NCBI GenBank assembly: GCA_964016885.1
Contig: OZ024745.1
Location: forward strand, 108,934,001 to 108,998,000
DNA: 64,000 bases
Reading direction: 5' to 3'
Origin: Eledone cirrhosa
Taxonomy: Eukaryota
Shown: piece by piece, positions 44,450 to 57,880 of the stretch
Layout: each line of letters starts with the position of its first letter
Position numbering within the stretch: position 1 is the stretch's first letter
Made by a program: the position numbers and the translations under genes
Notes under the pieces: generated by a model
The model's database searches: none
The model's input: only the letters and a program-made list of their open reading frames with translations
Told to the model about the DNA's origin: nothing

Positions 44450-47400
44450 AACACACCATCACCACACAACATACCCCTCCTACACGTCCCTGATGACGAT
44501 TCATCACCAGACGAGGCTACTTCTCCATCCTCAAGTGAAGATGAAGGAGGGCCTCGTAAATAAAAAAAAAACAAAAAAAGAGACACCACAAAACCACAAA
44601 AACAACAATCACCAACACAAACACACAACCACCAACACAAATAACAACACAAGCACCACCACAATCACCCCCACCCCCTACCAGCAAAACAAACACCAAC
44701 ACCACCCCAAACACAAATGCCCACCATAAAAAGAAACCTACAAAATGAACAACCCCCCCCCCGTCCCGAAAACAAAACCACGACATCGCTCCAAACACAA
44801 ACACCTACAACAAAACGAAAGCTCACACAAGAACAACAGACAAAAACCAACACAACACAAGAACATTACACATACATAAACAGTGAACACAAAACTTTAA
44901 TGGAGGTCATCTCCCACGACCCCTCGGTGAAAACCGAAGGGAAAACCTTTTCGAACTGTGCAGACAGACCTAATTTAAAGATGATTAGGGTCCCTACGGA
45001 CACCTATAAGTCTTTAAAGGAAAACTTCCCTACGGACGTGGGTAATCCTTGTGTTAAACCCATTAACCGCGTCCTTTTAAAATGTTTCTCTACCCTCACC
45101 CAGACACCCCCACCCCACCAGACACCCCCTCCCCACCAAACATCTCCGTTCCCACCCCGCCAGAAACCACCACCCTACTAAACACCCCTCCAACATCCCC
45201 ATGGACATTGTACAGCCTGGTCTCCAGGAAGCAAGGAGGTGAGTGAATTCTTTCCTCTTAGTTTCTAACTCTTCCTCACCGACATGGCCAATGTAAGAGT
45301 CGGTTGTGTGAATGTGCGCGGCCTGGGGATGCCCTGGAAACAGAGCAAACTCCTAAACGACCTCAGATCGCACAGTATAGATGTAATTGCCATCTGCGAG
45401 TCCAGGATCCACAGCGAGCGACAGCTGGCTCCCATCTTCGATGACTATGAGATCTACGCATCTCTATGTTGGCCGGGAGGTGGTGGCGGGGTCGCCGTTT
45501 TGCTGAGGAAACACCCGGGCCTCGTAACACAGACGATACATCTGGACCCGGAGGGTCGACTGGTGGTCCTAGACGTTGACGGTAGTGAAGGTGGAGCCTT
45601 CAGGCTGGTGGCCGCATATGCCCCATCCGGGACTCCGCGGCCAGATTTCTTCAAGCGTTTAGAGACTTTTCTGGGAACGTCCCGCTCCTTGCTTTTAGTG
45701 GGGGATGGAATGGAATCCTAGATGCACGTTGGGACAATGTGGGAGCATGTCCCGATAAAGGGGGTGTAACAGCCTCAAACAGTTAATCGGCCGATTTGAC
45801 CTGGCCGATAGACATCGACTAGATTTTCCGATGTGCCACTGTGGACATGGACTAATCTCAGCGGAACATCTAGATCGTACCTAGTTAGAAAGAAGGATAG
45901 GGACATGTTAAGCTGTCCACAAATGTTCATGGTTACCTATTCAGATCACAAATTAGTGGCCTGCTTAGTCAACCTTGACAAAACCCATAGACAGGGATCC
46001 GGCTACTGGAAGCTGAACTTGTCGTTACCGACATGCAAAGCCTACAGTAGACAGATTAGCACTTTAGTTAAGCAGCACTTGACGGGGGCCATTGTCAACA
46101 ACAGATGGTGGTACTCTCTCAAGAGGGCAATTAGATTTGACTCGATAGGTTTTAGTAAAGAATTAGCGTTAGATAGAAATAAGACCGAAAAGTAACTGGT
46201 AGATAAAGTAGAAGAGGCACTTAGGAGTGGGAACGTAGCCAGCGTGCTACCGGCGAGAACGGCCTTGGACCAGTTCTTCGACGCAAAGCACGAAGGCTGC
46301 GTTGTCAGAAGAAAAATACGTGCTCTGGGAAATGAGGGAGCCAAAGCTGTTAACTGGGCCCGAGTGACGGAGGCGAAAAGTGGCAACAAGTCCACGATTC
46401 GGTCTTTGAAGGACCAAGACGGACGCATGATACGTAAGCCGAAGCAGATGTGCACGGCCTTTCAGCGGCAATTTGCTCAAATGTTCGGGCAGGGCGGCGC
46501 GCCGGGAGGGGCTATGGATTTCGGTTCATACCTCGATGGCCTGCCGCAGCTCTCGGACAGCGAGGCGAAGTTCTGCGAAAAGCCGATTTCAGCTGCTGAG
46601 ATAGGGGACGCGCTGAGCCAATGCGGCAAACGCAAATCTCCAGGTCTCGACGGTCTACCCTACGAATTTTACGTAGCAATGCCGGACTTGTTCTCTGTTC
46701 TCCTGGAAGCGGTCTACTGCAACTGGCAGCAGAACGGGAGCATTCCCAGTTTTGTGACCAAGGGCGTAGTCACGCTAGTCAGGAAGGACGAGAATAAGGG
46801 GGACCACATAGGCAACTTCCGGCCCATAACTCTGCTAAACACAGATTTGGCCAAGGTGTTGGCAAAGAGGCTGGCTCTTGTCGTCGAAAACCTGGTGGGA
46901 GAAGCGCAGACATGCGCAATCCCGACCAGGTCCATACACGACAACCTCCACCTCATGCGATACATCGTAGAGAGGGTAGGGTATAAACCCGGCTTCGGTG
47001 GGGCCCTGATCAATTTGGATCAGTCTAAGGCTTTCGATAGGGTTGACCATCGTTACCTGGATGCGGTGCTCGAGGCGGCAGGCTTCGGACCCGTGTTCAG
47101 GGCTGGATTGCTGCAATGCACAACAGCAATATCTGCTCAAGGGTCAAGGTGAACGGCTACCTCTCGGAGCCGTTCCATATCACGCGATCCATCCGTACGC
47201 GATCCATCTGTACGTACTGACTCTCGAGCCATTACTGCGGAAGTTGGAGCTATTGTAAGGCATCCCTCTGGAACCGGGACTGCGGAAAGCGGCGTCGGCC
47301 TACGCCGACGACGTGACAGTAATGGTGTCGACCACCTCGCAAATCGAGGAAGTCGGCACCCTACTGAATGAATAAGAAAGGTTCACAGGAGCGAAGCTGA

Positions 47401-48918
47401 ACCGGGACAAGTCCATCGGTTTGCAACTCGGATCGTGGAGAGGCAGACCAATGCCTTTTTATGGCGTCGTCGGACGCTGGACGGAAGGACCGGTGAAGCT
47501 GCTCGGGGTCTGGTTTGGTCCGGACCTCCAGGTGGAGAAGAACTGGAACGAGGGGACGGCCAAGGTGTTTGCACTCACCCAGAAGTGGGCCGAGTGCAAA
47601 CTATCCTTGAAAGGTCGAGCGGAGGTGGCGAACACTTTTATAGCGTCCGTCATCTACTACCACTTGCCCGTCGTGTCTTGTCCAGCCAAAACGCTCACCA
47701 AAATGGAGCGCGCGCTCTTCCAATTCCTTTGGAAGAAGCGGGCGCCTTTGGTGAGAAGATCCATCTGCTGCCAACACCCTTCTAACGGAGGGCTAGGGAT
47801 GCCGTGGCTGACGATGCGCAAACACGCGCTCAGGCTGCGGCACCGCCACGTATTCCTCACCGGACAACCTGTGTGGGCCCCGTTCGTAAGGCGAGCCTTG
47901 CCACGACTCGTCTCGCTGACCGAGCTGCAGTCCTGGGTCAAGCAAAGACCGAGAAAATGGGCGACTGGTACATCGAATGTGCTCAGGCGCTCACAGCCCT
48001 CTGGCAGGCGCACCCGGCAATCAGTGGAGACTCCACTCCGTCATTCTATAGAGGGTTGGTCCGCAGCAAGTGCGACGACGTGCTCGGAGAAACTCTAGGC
48101 GTAGAGGAAGACGAACTGGCCAGTCTGTTCGGTAGGACCTTCCGCCCGGGACCGATGGACAACTTCCAAAAGTCCCTGGCCTGGCAGTGCTACCGAGGAG
48201 CTCTACCAGTTCGAGACAAGCTCTACAGACACAGGAGCCCCGGCAGGGACACCTCCAAAAAGATCTGTCCGAGATGCGTGCGAGACGAAGAAACCGTCGC
48301 GCACGCATTCGTTCACTGCCCGGGCGTTACAGATCTGTGGGGCCATGTAGAACGACTATCGTTGCGGGTGGGACCAATCCGGTTGACCACCGAGTCCATT
48401 GTCATGATCAAACCGCCACCCTCCTTCAAAAACGAAGGAGAGGCGGTTTTCCTTTGTGTGATAGCTATGACGAAAGAGGTTGTATGGTGGACAAGGTTGA
48501 AAGGGCTGAGGTCAGACACCTTTCTCTCCGGCCAACAACTGATTCTTTTTTTCAAATACCACTTTGGAAGAAGAATCAGGATGGAGAGAGAGGTGCTGTA
48601 CCCCAGCAAGTTTTATGAAAGGTGGGTGAAAGTAGCGAGAATGGCCCGAGTGAATGGACCTTCTCTCTATAACAGCCTGTAGATTGAGCAAGAAGAGGAA
48701 GAGAGGAAAGGGGTACTCACTCTTCGTACTCCCAGAAATGAGGGTTGCACATTTTTTCGGGGGTAAGTGTTACACATATGTAATGTCTCCCCCTATTGGG
48801 GAAAATCGATTAATTTTTAAATTGCATTTGTGATAATATTTTACACGTTTTTATTGTATGTAAACTACCCCCTTTGTATTTGTCCCCTTCTTTTGTGCCC
48901 CTGTGGCTAATAAAGAAA
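44450..48918 (+). mobile_element. Tx1/L1-clade non-LTR retrotransposon, 5'-truncated in ORF1, inactivated
   Basis: Low-complexity K/T/Q/P-rich ORF1 tail, then ORF2, then a 3' UTR ending aataaagaaa at 48909-48918. Confidence 0.9.
45284..48682 (+). pseudogene. LINE ORF2 (APE endonuclease, reverse transcriptase, C-terminal CCHC-type zinc finger) with frameshifts and stops
   Basis: NVRGL, ICESRI, LLVGD, SDHK, GYWKLN (EN); KSPGLDGLPYEFY, NFRPITLLNTD, LDQSKAFDRVDH, AYADD (RT); GGLG; CPRCVRDEETVAHAFVHCP. Breaks near 45715, 46193, 47100, 47256, 47374 and 47960. Confidence 0.93.
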
Positions 48919-48920
48919 CA

Positions 48921-48986
<66 letters not shown>

Positions 48987-49396
48987 CGTGTGTGTGTGTC
49001 CGTGCGCACGCGTGTATATATATATATGTATCCATAATACATCTGACTAAGTATGTGTGTGCATTGTATGATATAATTTTTTTACTTTTTTTCTTACCGA
49101 AATAATAGTGCCTAAGTTAGGTAGGCATTGTTCTTCTTCAAGATTACACCTCACTCCCCAGGCCTACTATTTATTCTGAAGAATTTCAGCTGGGTGTTAA
49201 AAGATCTTCACAAAATGTCTTTAAGAGAAAGAGTTCTCATTGTCTTCTGTATTGTGACGCTATCATAGTATGAGATGTGGGTCACATTGTTAAATGCTTA
49301 CAGTATCTGACTTAAATAAACAACTATATTTTAATGACTGCATCACATCCGTAGCCGCAGTACCTCCATACTCACACATTCTTTTCTCCCGCATCC

Positions 49397-49528
<132 letters not shown>

Positions 49529-49547
49529 GTGTGCGCGTGTGAGGGTA

Positions 49548-49652
<105 letters not shown>

Positions 49653-49814
49653 ATACATATGTGTGTATATACATATGTGTGTATATATATATACACACAC
49701 ATTTTCCAATATATAATAATATATATAAACACATATATACATATAATTATATATATATATATGTGTATATATATAATTATAAGTATATATGCGTTTATAT
49801 ATATATATATATGC

Positions 49815-49876
<62 letters not shown>

Positions 49877-49889
49877 ATATATATATATT

Positions 49890-49935
<46 letters not shown>

Positions 49936-49938
<3 letters not shown>

Positions 49939-52556
49939 TGAAGTTTCCGTTGAAAATTGAAAAAGTCATAGGAGTGAAGAGTGCTCTATGTAAGTACCAG
50001 AGCAAAATTTAATGTATAATAAACAATACAATATAATTACCTCATTACCGGAGGTTTCCCGAATAAGACGAATACGAGAAACGTCCTCATTCGTTCGTCG
50101 GACAAGGCAATTTAAAACAGTGAAATATTTGGAAAGTCTCCTCAAGAAATGCGAAAAATATATAAATAAAAGTAATGCAAGAATATTTAAAAAAAATTTT
50201 TTTTTTAAATACAGTGCTGATGTTTGTAATTTAGTCGGCCTATTCCTCCTACACACAATTAAAGAAAAATTCCCTAACCATATTTTGGGCTTTATCGCGA
50301 CGATGGTTTAATACTTTCCCATACCACCATAGGCCATAACTTAGATAGATTAAGGAAAGACTTAATAAAAACCTTCGCTAGTTTTAATCTTAAAATTACT
50401 ATTGACACTAACCTTTCCAATGTTAATTTTCTAGATATAAACCTAGATTTGCCTACTGCTTCTTATAAACCATACCATAAACCTAATGAAAATTTATAAT
50501 ATATAAATAAAGGCTCTTGCCATCCTCCTATAGTTTTTAAAAACCTTATCCCTAATATTAGCCGTAGGATCTCCACCCTCTCTTCCTCAGAAGCTATTTT
50601 CAATAAGGCATCCCCCTACTATAATAAAGCCCTTCAAATTAGCGGATTTAGCGAACCGATTAAGTACATACCCAACAATACTAACTCTTTTAAACATAAT
50701 AATAGGAAAAGAAAAATAATCTGGTTCACACCCCCTACTCTTTAGCAGTTAAAACTAATGTAGGCAAAAAATTCCTAGAGTTCTTAGATAAACATAAGAT
50801 CTTCAATAGAAACTGTGTCAAAATTAGCTACTCCTGTGGTCCCCCTATTAAATCTTATATCAACAATAAGAAATCACCCAGAGAACATCAAAATTGCTCC
50901 TGTAGAGTCAAAAGTGAATGCCAATTACAAGGTAAATGCAACACCAAAGCCATTATATATGCGGCTAAAGTGACAACCATCAGCAACAACCAACCAGCCA
51001 CCAGCGAACGATATGTGGGTATGACACAAGACAAATTCAAAACGCGTCATTACTCCCATGTCGCATCTTTCCGACATCCAGAAATAAGATTCACAACAGA
51101 TCTGGCTAGCAGAATATGGGATTTGAAAGACCAAGGTATCCAATATAAATTGGATTGATCAATTTTGAACCAATCTAAAGAATATGCAAGAGGAACAAGA
51201 AGATGCACACTCTGCATAAGTGAAAAATATTGGATTTTACAAAACCTTAAATCACCAAAAACCTGCCTAAATACAAAAACAGAAATGTTCACCAGTTGCC
51301 CACACATGAAATCACACTTGCTTTCCAGCTCATATAAACTTAACTCACTTTCAGATACTTATCCTCCATAAACTCTTATTCTTCACTTTCCTTAAATTAT
51401 TCTCTTTACAGACTTCTCTTTCTGATTTACTTTCATTTTTAACTTTATTTTTAATTTTATTTTTATTTTTACTTCACATCCACCAGTAACCCCTCCCCTA
51501 CTTTTCGATTCACTTACCTAATACCTTCACATTCCATATTTTACTTCCCCATTTTCTTTCACTACCTGATTACACATGTCTTTTGCGTTTTCCACTCCAG
51601 ATATATTCTGTTGTTTCGCAGCCGATTTTATATTTGTACTCATTTATTCATTTGGCTGATTTATAATCTGTATCTATGTGTGTGAGTGTGCTTATGTGGG
51701 TATACGTTCTGTATATGTATACGAAGGCCTCCGTATGTGTGCGTGCGTACGTATATATATGTGTGTGTATGTGTGTTTTTATATCTATGTTTTTTTATAT
51801 CTATGTTTTTTTATATCTATGTTTTTTACATTCTTATTTTCACGTGTGTGTGTATGCGGGTGAATGTGTATGTATATGTGTATATATGTATATGTATGTA
51901 TGGGTGTGTATGTGTATATATATATATATATATATAGTCGCGTACGTACGTGTGATTAGATATACATGGGGCGATATATATATATATATATACGTGCCTC
52001 CTGTGTATGTATGTACGCATGCATGCGCTTTTGTCTGTACGTATTTGTGTGTATAAATATTTTTTTTTATAGATATATGTGTATGTACGTGCGTACATAT
52101 GTTTGTTTTCTTTTCTCTAGTGTTAATTGATTACTTTCTCTTTGATTTAAAAAATGTTTTTCATTCTCATATATTGTTTCATTTTTATACATATATCGAG
52201 AATGACACTTCTTTTTACTATTACACTCCCTTCCCTCTTTATCTTCCGCATATAAGTGACCACGCACGTGTGTGTGTTTATACGCGTGCTTTCATACTCG
52301 TATGTGTATTTAATACCTGTATCTGGATGCGTGTCAACTATATTATCATTTTCTTTTCAAACTCATATTATATACGTATTTGTGGTCACATATACACAAA
52401 TATACTTGCCCTCATATATGTACTTACGCACGCATTTTCACCATACACATGCATTTGTACATACACACATATGTACATGTGTGAGTGTATATACATACAT
52501 ATACACATACCCTAACTATATTTCCTTATATTTTTTTAATATATTTTTTATATATT

Positions 52557-52605
<49 letters not shown>

Positions 52606-52786
52606 AATATCTCTTGCATTACTTTTATTTATATATTTTTTGCATTTATTGAGGAGACTTTCCAAATATTTCACTATGTTTTAAATTGCCTTGTCCGACG
52701 AACAAATGAGGACGTTTTTCGTATTCGTCTTATTCGGGAAACCTCTGGTAATGAGGTAATTATATTGTATTGTTTATTATACATTA
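49936..52786 (+). mobile_element. Penelope-like element, 5'-truncated with inverted pseudo-LTR
   Basis: 50010-50188 is the reverse complement of 52603-52786; RT/EN remnant lies between them; inserted in (TA)n. Confidence 0.85.
50206..51371 (+). pseudogene. PLE ORF remnant: RT C-terminal half, Cys-rich linker and GIY-YIG endonuclease
   Basis: ADVCNLVGLFLL, GLYRDDGL (frameshifted), VNFLDI, YKPYHKPN, SCHPP, RKRKIIWFTPPYS, KIFNRNCVKISYSC, CSCRVKSECQLQGKC, IIYAA, YVGMT, FKTRHYSH, CTLCISEK, LNTKTEMFTSCPH. Confidence 0.88.
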
Positions 52787-52912
52787 TATATATATATATT
52801 TATATGTGTGAGATCCTTGGTACAGTTAGGTATATTTTAAAAAAAGGAAAAGAATGACTTCACTTGTGTTAAAAAATTCTATCATTTATTATTATACTAT
52901 AATATAATATTA

Positions 52913-53019
<107 letters not shown>

Positions 53020-53026
53020 CATATAC

Positions 53027-53242
<216 letters not shown>

Positions 53243-53617
53243 TGGATGTGTGTTGTGTATATATGTATGTTTGCATGGTTGTGTGTATATGTATGTCTGC
53301 ATGGTTGTGGTTTATGTATGTCTGCATGGTTGTGTGTTGTGTTATATATTTGTAATTATCTATGGTTGCATAGGTGTATGTTAGTGTATATGAGGGATTG
53401 TATGTCTGTATGAATGCGTTGTGTACGTATCATTGTGTATGTTGTGTGTATGTGTATTTTGTAGTATATATATATATATGGGATTATACGTTTGCATGAG
53501 TGTGTTGTGTATGTTCATGTGTATTAGTTGTGTTTGTGTGATTATGTATGTCTATATAATTGTGTATAGGTGTATGTTTGTGTTTAGGTGTATATTTGTG
53601 AGAGAGATAGTGTGTGT

Positions 53618-53685
<68 letters not shown>

Positions 53686-53759
53686 TGTCTATGTGTGTGT
53701 GTGTATGTGTGTGTATAACGAAACTGACAATCTCTTCATTAAAAAATGCATTATCAGAC

Positions 53760-53975
53760 GGATGTGTAACAGCAGTGTGCCGTGAACGAGCAAAGTGTGA
53801 ATGAATTGAGGGCGAAACTGGACATAAGACAGATCAAATGCTGTGTGCACGAGAGAAGACAGCGGTGGTGTGGTCACGTGATACGCATGAAAAATGGCAG
53901 CTGTTTAAAAAAGGTGCAGGCTATTAGAGGTTGTAGGACGCTCGAAAAGAGAAAGACCCAGGAAGATGTGGGATA
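53760..53975 (+). mobile_element. Decayed RTE 3' fragment
   Basis: VNELRAKLDI...ERRQRWCGHVIRM resembles RRLRWFGHVxRM. Confidence 0.65.
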
Positions 53976-54144
53976 TCTTGTCGACGTGTTCAGCTAATCA
54001 ACATCATTGTACGGTGACCCGATCAGTGACAATTGCTCTTTTATGTTGTTCGTGGTCAATATGTTAGTGCTAATGTTTATGTTAGTGCTATATGTTAGTG
54101 CTATATTTATTTACAGTATATGCATTTTTATGTGTGTAAATTCT

Positions 54145-54297
<153 letters not shown>

Positions 54298-54676
54298 TAC
54301 ACACACACACCCAGTGCACTTCCTGTGTTATTACAAGTCATGTTGTTACAAAAAGTTTGCGTTTAATTACAAATTCCTGCGTTCTTAACTCTATATTTGT
54401 CCTGTAAATAGTTATTCCTACAAAGTTACTCATACATTTAATCTTGCATGTCATTTGTACATATATACAGAACATTTAAGTAATTATATCCTAGAAATAA
54501 ATACTCTCATCTTTAATCATTTCCAGGTGTCAGTAATCAACATGAACCATAGGTATCTCTTATGCAAACCATTTATTTATCAGAACGCAAATTCCACAGT
54601 TTATACGATTGTTCATATATCCGGCAATTCTGAACTCCAAAAATTAAAACAATCAACGTTATCACGGTCATTATTG

Positions 54677-56100
54677 ACGACACGAAATCACTAGCTTTTG
54701 TATAATACATGGTGTTGCTTTATGACGACACGAAACCATTAGTTTTTGTATAATACATGGTGTTGCTTCATGACGACACGAAACCATTAGTTTTTGTATA
54801 ATACATGGTGTTGCTTCATGACGACACGAAACCATTAGTTTTTGTATGGTGTTGCTTCATGACAACAAGAAACCATTAGCTTTTGTATAATACATGGTGT
54901 TGCTTCATGACGACACGAAACCATTAGTTTTGTATAATACATGGTGTTGCTTCATGACGACACGAAACCATTAGTTTTTGTATAATACATGGTGTTGCTT
55001 CATGACGACACGAAACCATTAGTTTTTGTATAATACATGGTGTTGCTTCATGACAACACGAAACCATTAGTTTTGTATAATACATGGTGTTGCTTCATGA
55101 CGACACGAAACCATTAGTTTTTGTATAATACATGGTGTTGCTTCATGACGACACGAAACCATTAGTTTTTGTATAATACATGGTGTTGCTTCATGACGAC
55201 ACGAAACCATTAGTTTTTGTATAATACATGGTGTTGCTTCATGACGACACGAAACCATTAGTTTTGTATAATACATGGTGTTGCCTCATGACGACACGAA
55301 ACCATTAGTTTTGTATAATACATGGTGTTGCTTCATGACAACACGAAACCATTAGCTTTTGTATAATACATGGTGTTGCTTCATGACGACACGAAACCAT
55401 TAGTTTTTGTATAATACATGGTGTTGCTTCATGACAACACGAAACCATTAGCTTTTGTATAATACATGGTGTTGCTTCATGACAACACGAAACCATTTGT
55501 TTTGTATAACACATGGTGTTGCTTCATGACAACACGAAACCATTAGCTTTTGTATAATACATGGTGTTGCTTCATGACAACACGAAACCATTTGTTTTGT
55601 ATAACAGATGGTGTTGCTTCATGACAACACGAAACCATTAGCTTTTGTATAATACATGGTGTTGCTTCATGACAACACGAAACCATTAGCTTTTGTACAA
55701 TACATGGTGTTGCTTCATGACAACACGAAACCATTAGCTTTTGTATAATACATGGTGTTGCTTCATGACGACATGAAACCATTTGTTTTTGTATAATACA
55801 TGGTGTTGCTTCATGACGACACGAAACCATTAGTTTTTGTATAATACATGGTGTTGCTTCCTGACGACACGAAACCATTAGTTTTTGTATAATACATGGT
55901 GTTGCTTCCTGACGACACGAAATCATTTGTTTTTGTATAATACATGGTGTTGCTTCCTGACGACACGAAACCATTTGTTTTTGTATAATACATGGTGTTG
56001 CTTCATGACAACACGAAACCATTAGTTTTTGTATAATACATGGTGTTGATTCATGACGACACGAAACCATTAGTTTTTGTATAATACATGGTGTTGCTTC
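54677..56100. repeat. 48-bp minisatellite, about 30 units
   Basis: Unit tgtataatacatggtgttgcttcatgacgacacgaaaccattagtttt (47-48 bp); gives the 16-aa repeat MVSCRHEATPCIIQKL. Confidence 0.97.
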
Positions 56101-56311
56101 TGCGAATAACAGATTTTATTATATTTCATAATTGTTTCTACTTTTGGTACAAGGCCACCAATTACCCCGTAAGAATGAAAGGCAAAGTTAACCTCGGCGG
56201 GATTTAAACTCAGAAGGGCAAGGGCCGTATCTCTATGCGTCAAAGGATGGCGTCCGACCCTCTACCGATACTGCCAATCCACCACCCTTTCATAATGACA
56301 GCTAGAAATAA

Positions 56312-57009
56312 CACTGGGTGACATGGTTTTTGCTGTCTGGTGTTGGATACATATTTCCTTATAATTTTGGGTGCTGATTTCAAAATGAAATGCATTTTGC
56401 TCTATCACGTCAAGATTTTTCACAAACTCAAACGTTCATTTTTCAGCATTTCTGGCATTGTGATCATTTCTAAAGATTTGGCTTCCTAAAATACAGACCA
56501 ACTTAACATAACTTTGAAAATATAGTTTTTCAATGTCATTTAAAGTAAATGCAACTACAAAAGTGAACACAAAATTCCAAGACATGAAGACCATGGAGTC
56601 TAGGTACAGGTGGAACACAAACAAGATGGCTGACTATTGCTGGTCTCCGCAAATAGACTGTCACGATGCAAGTTATTCACGCAAAGCAGCAAAGAGAAAG
56701 TTCACTCCTTGAGTAGTTTGACAGAAACATCTACCACATGATATATAATTAAACATTTTGTGTAATATATTTGTTACACAGTAAAAAGTACGATTTGGTT
56801 TTAATATTGCATTTTATGGCGAAATTGACATTTTTATGTAAAAAATTAATTCCAGTTTAACAAAAGCAACTTGATGTGATAGAACATTTTCGAGGGCATT
56901 TCTAAACTCATCACCGTCAAATTAGGTCCAAACAATTATAAAAAAAAAAAGACAACTAAAATTTCAACTAAAAAAACAACTAAAATTTCTTTAAAATTGT
57001 TCTGCAGAG
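56312..57009 (+). mobile_element. Internally deleted DNA transposon, probably Chapaev3-like
   Basis: Starts taa|cactgggtgac; carries FQDMKTMESRY...WNTNKMADYCWS...SRKAAKRKF, resembling the RFHQD...RYQGRW...MADYCW transposase C-terminus; degenerate right TIR. Superfamily assignment is from memory. Confidence 0.55.
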
Positions 57010-57175
57010 TATAATTGTCAACAACGCAACATGCAAGCCATAATCCGTGGTATAAGCAATTGGCAAAGCCGTTAAGGCGTCAGATTAAATAACTCGCTAT
57101 TTGTCCCGGCTCTCCGGCTTATTGCCCTGAGTTCAGATCCCACCGAAGTCAACTTTTCCTTTCATCATTTTGAGA

Positions 57176-57880
57176 TCATCATCATCATCTTCGTCTACTT
57201 ATACCTGGGAGGGTCGTGGGGCAGAGTCCTCAAACACTTCTTCTAGTGGGACCTGTCAGAAGCAACCGTCTCCAATTGTTCTGGCTGAATCGCCAAGCGA
57301 CACTAGTTGTAATGGATGTTATCCAACCATCTTGCTCTGGAGTGTGTAGCTCGGAAATCGGAGAGTCGCTCTAGGTAGAGCCGCTAGTCCTCCGAATCGA
57401 GAGATCGCAGCTCCGATACTACGGGCATGGGGTTAAAATGTCTTTGGAAAGAATCGCTGGGCAGATTTTATGAGCAAAACCAAGCACTTAGCATAGACTT
57501 TACCGGGGAGGCTTATAATTACCGGGGAGCTCTATAATTTGAGCAATCTCTCTTGTCTCCCTTTTTGAAAATTGGGATTATCACTCCTGATTGCCATTGC
57601 TTAGGTGCCTTTCCAGAGATCCAGGCCACTCGGTACACACGAGTCAACCAGAGAGTACCTCCTCTAATTAAAGCTTTTAGCATCTCGAGCCGAATTTCAT
57701 CCTCCCCAGCGGTCTTGCCACTGTTGAGCTTTTTAATTGCTTTTGTGACCTCAGCTTCCGAGAGATTGGTCATCGCTCCCAGATGCATCTCGTGTGTACC
57801 AGAAGATGCTGTTGTGACCGGGTTTAGGAGACCAATAAAGTATTCTCTCCACATCGCGAGGACGCACCTCTCTGAGATCG
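57176..57880 (-). mobile_element. Rearranged RTE fragments (RT N-terminal part, 3' end, and an inverted internal piece at about 57340-57500)
   Basis: EVTKAIKKLNSGKTAGEDEIRLEMLK...WISGKAPKQWQSGVIIPIFKKGDKRDCSNYR; (GAT)n tail on the minus strand. Confidence 0.85.

Noticed and set aside
46042-48609. Antisense ORFs over the LINE
   Set aside because: Shadow ORFs of GC-rich ORF2 sequence
51156-51158. In-frame TGA in the PLE endonuclease as selenocysteine
   Set aside because: Position corresponds to a conserved Trp (W-x-I), so TGG-to-TGA decay is simpler; the ORF has other lesions
54677-56100. CRISPR-like array or Cys-rich repeat protein
   Set aside because: No unique spacers, eukaryotic context, and 47-bp units break the reading frame
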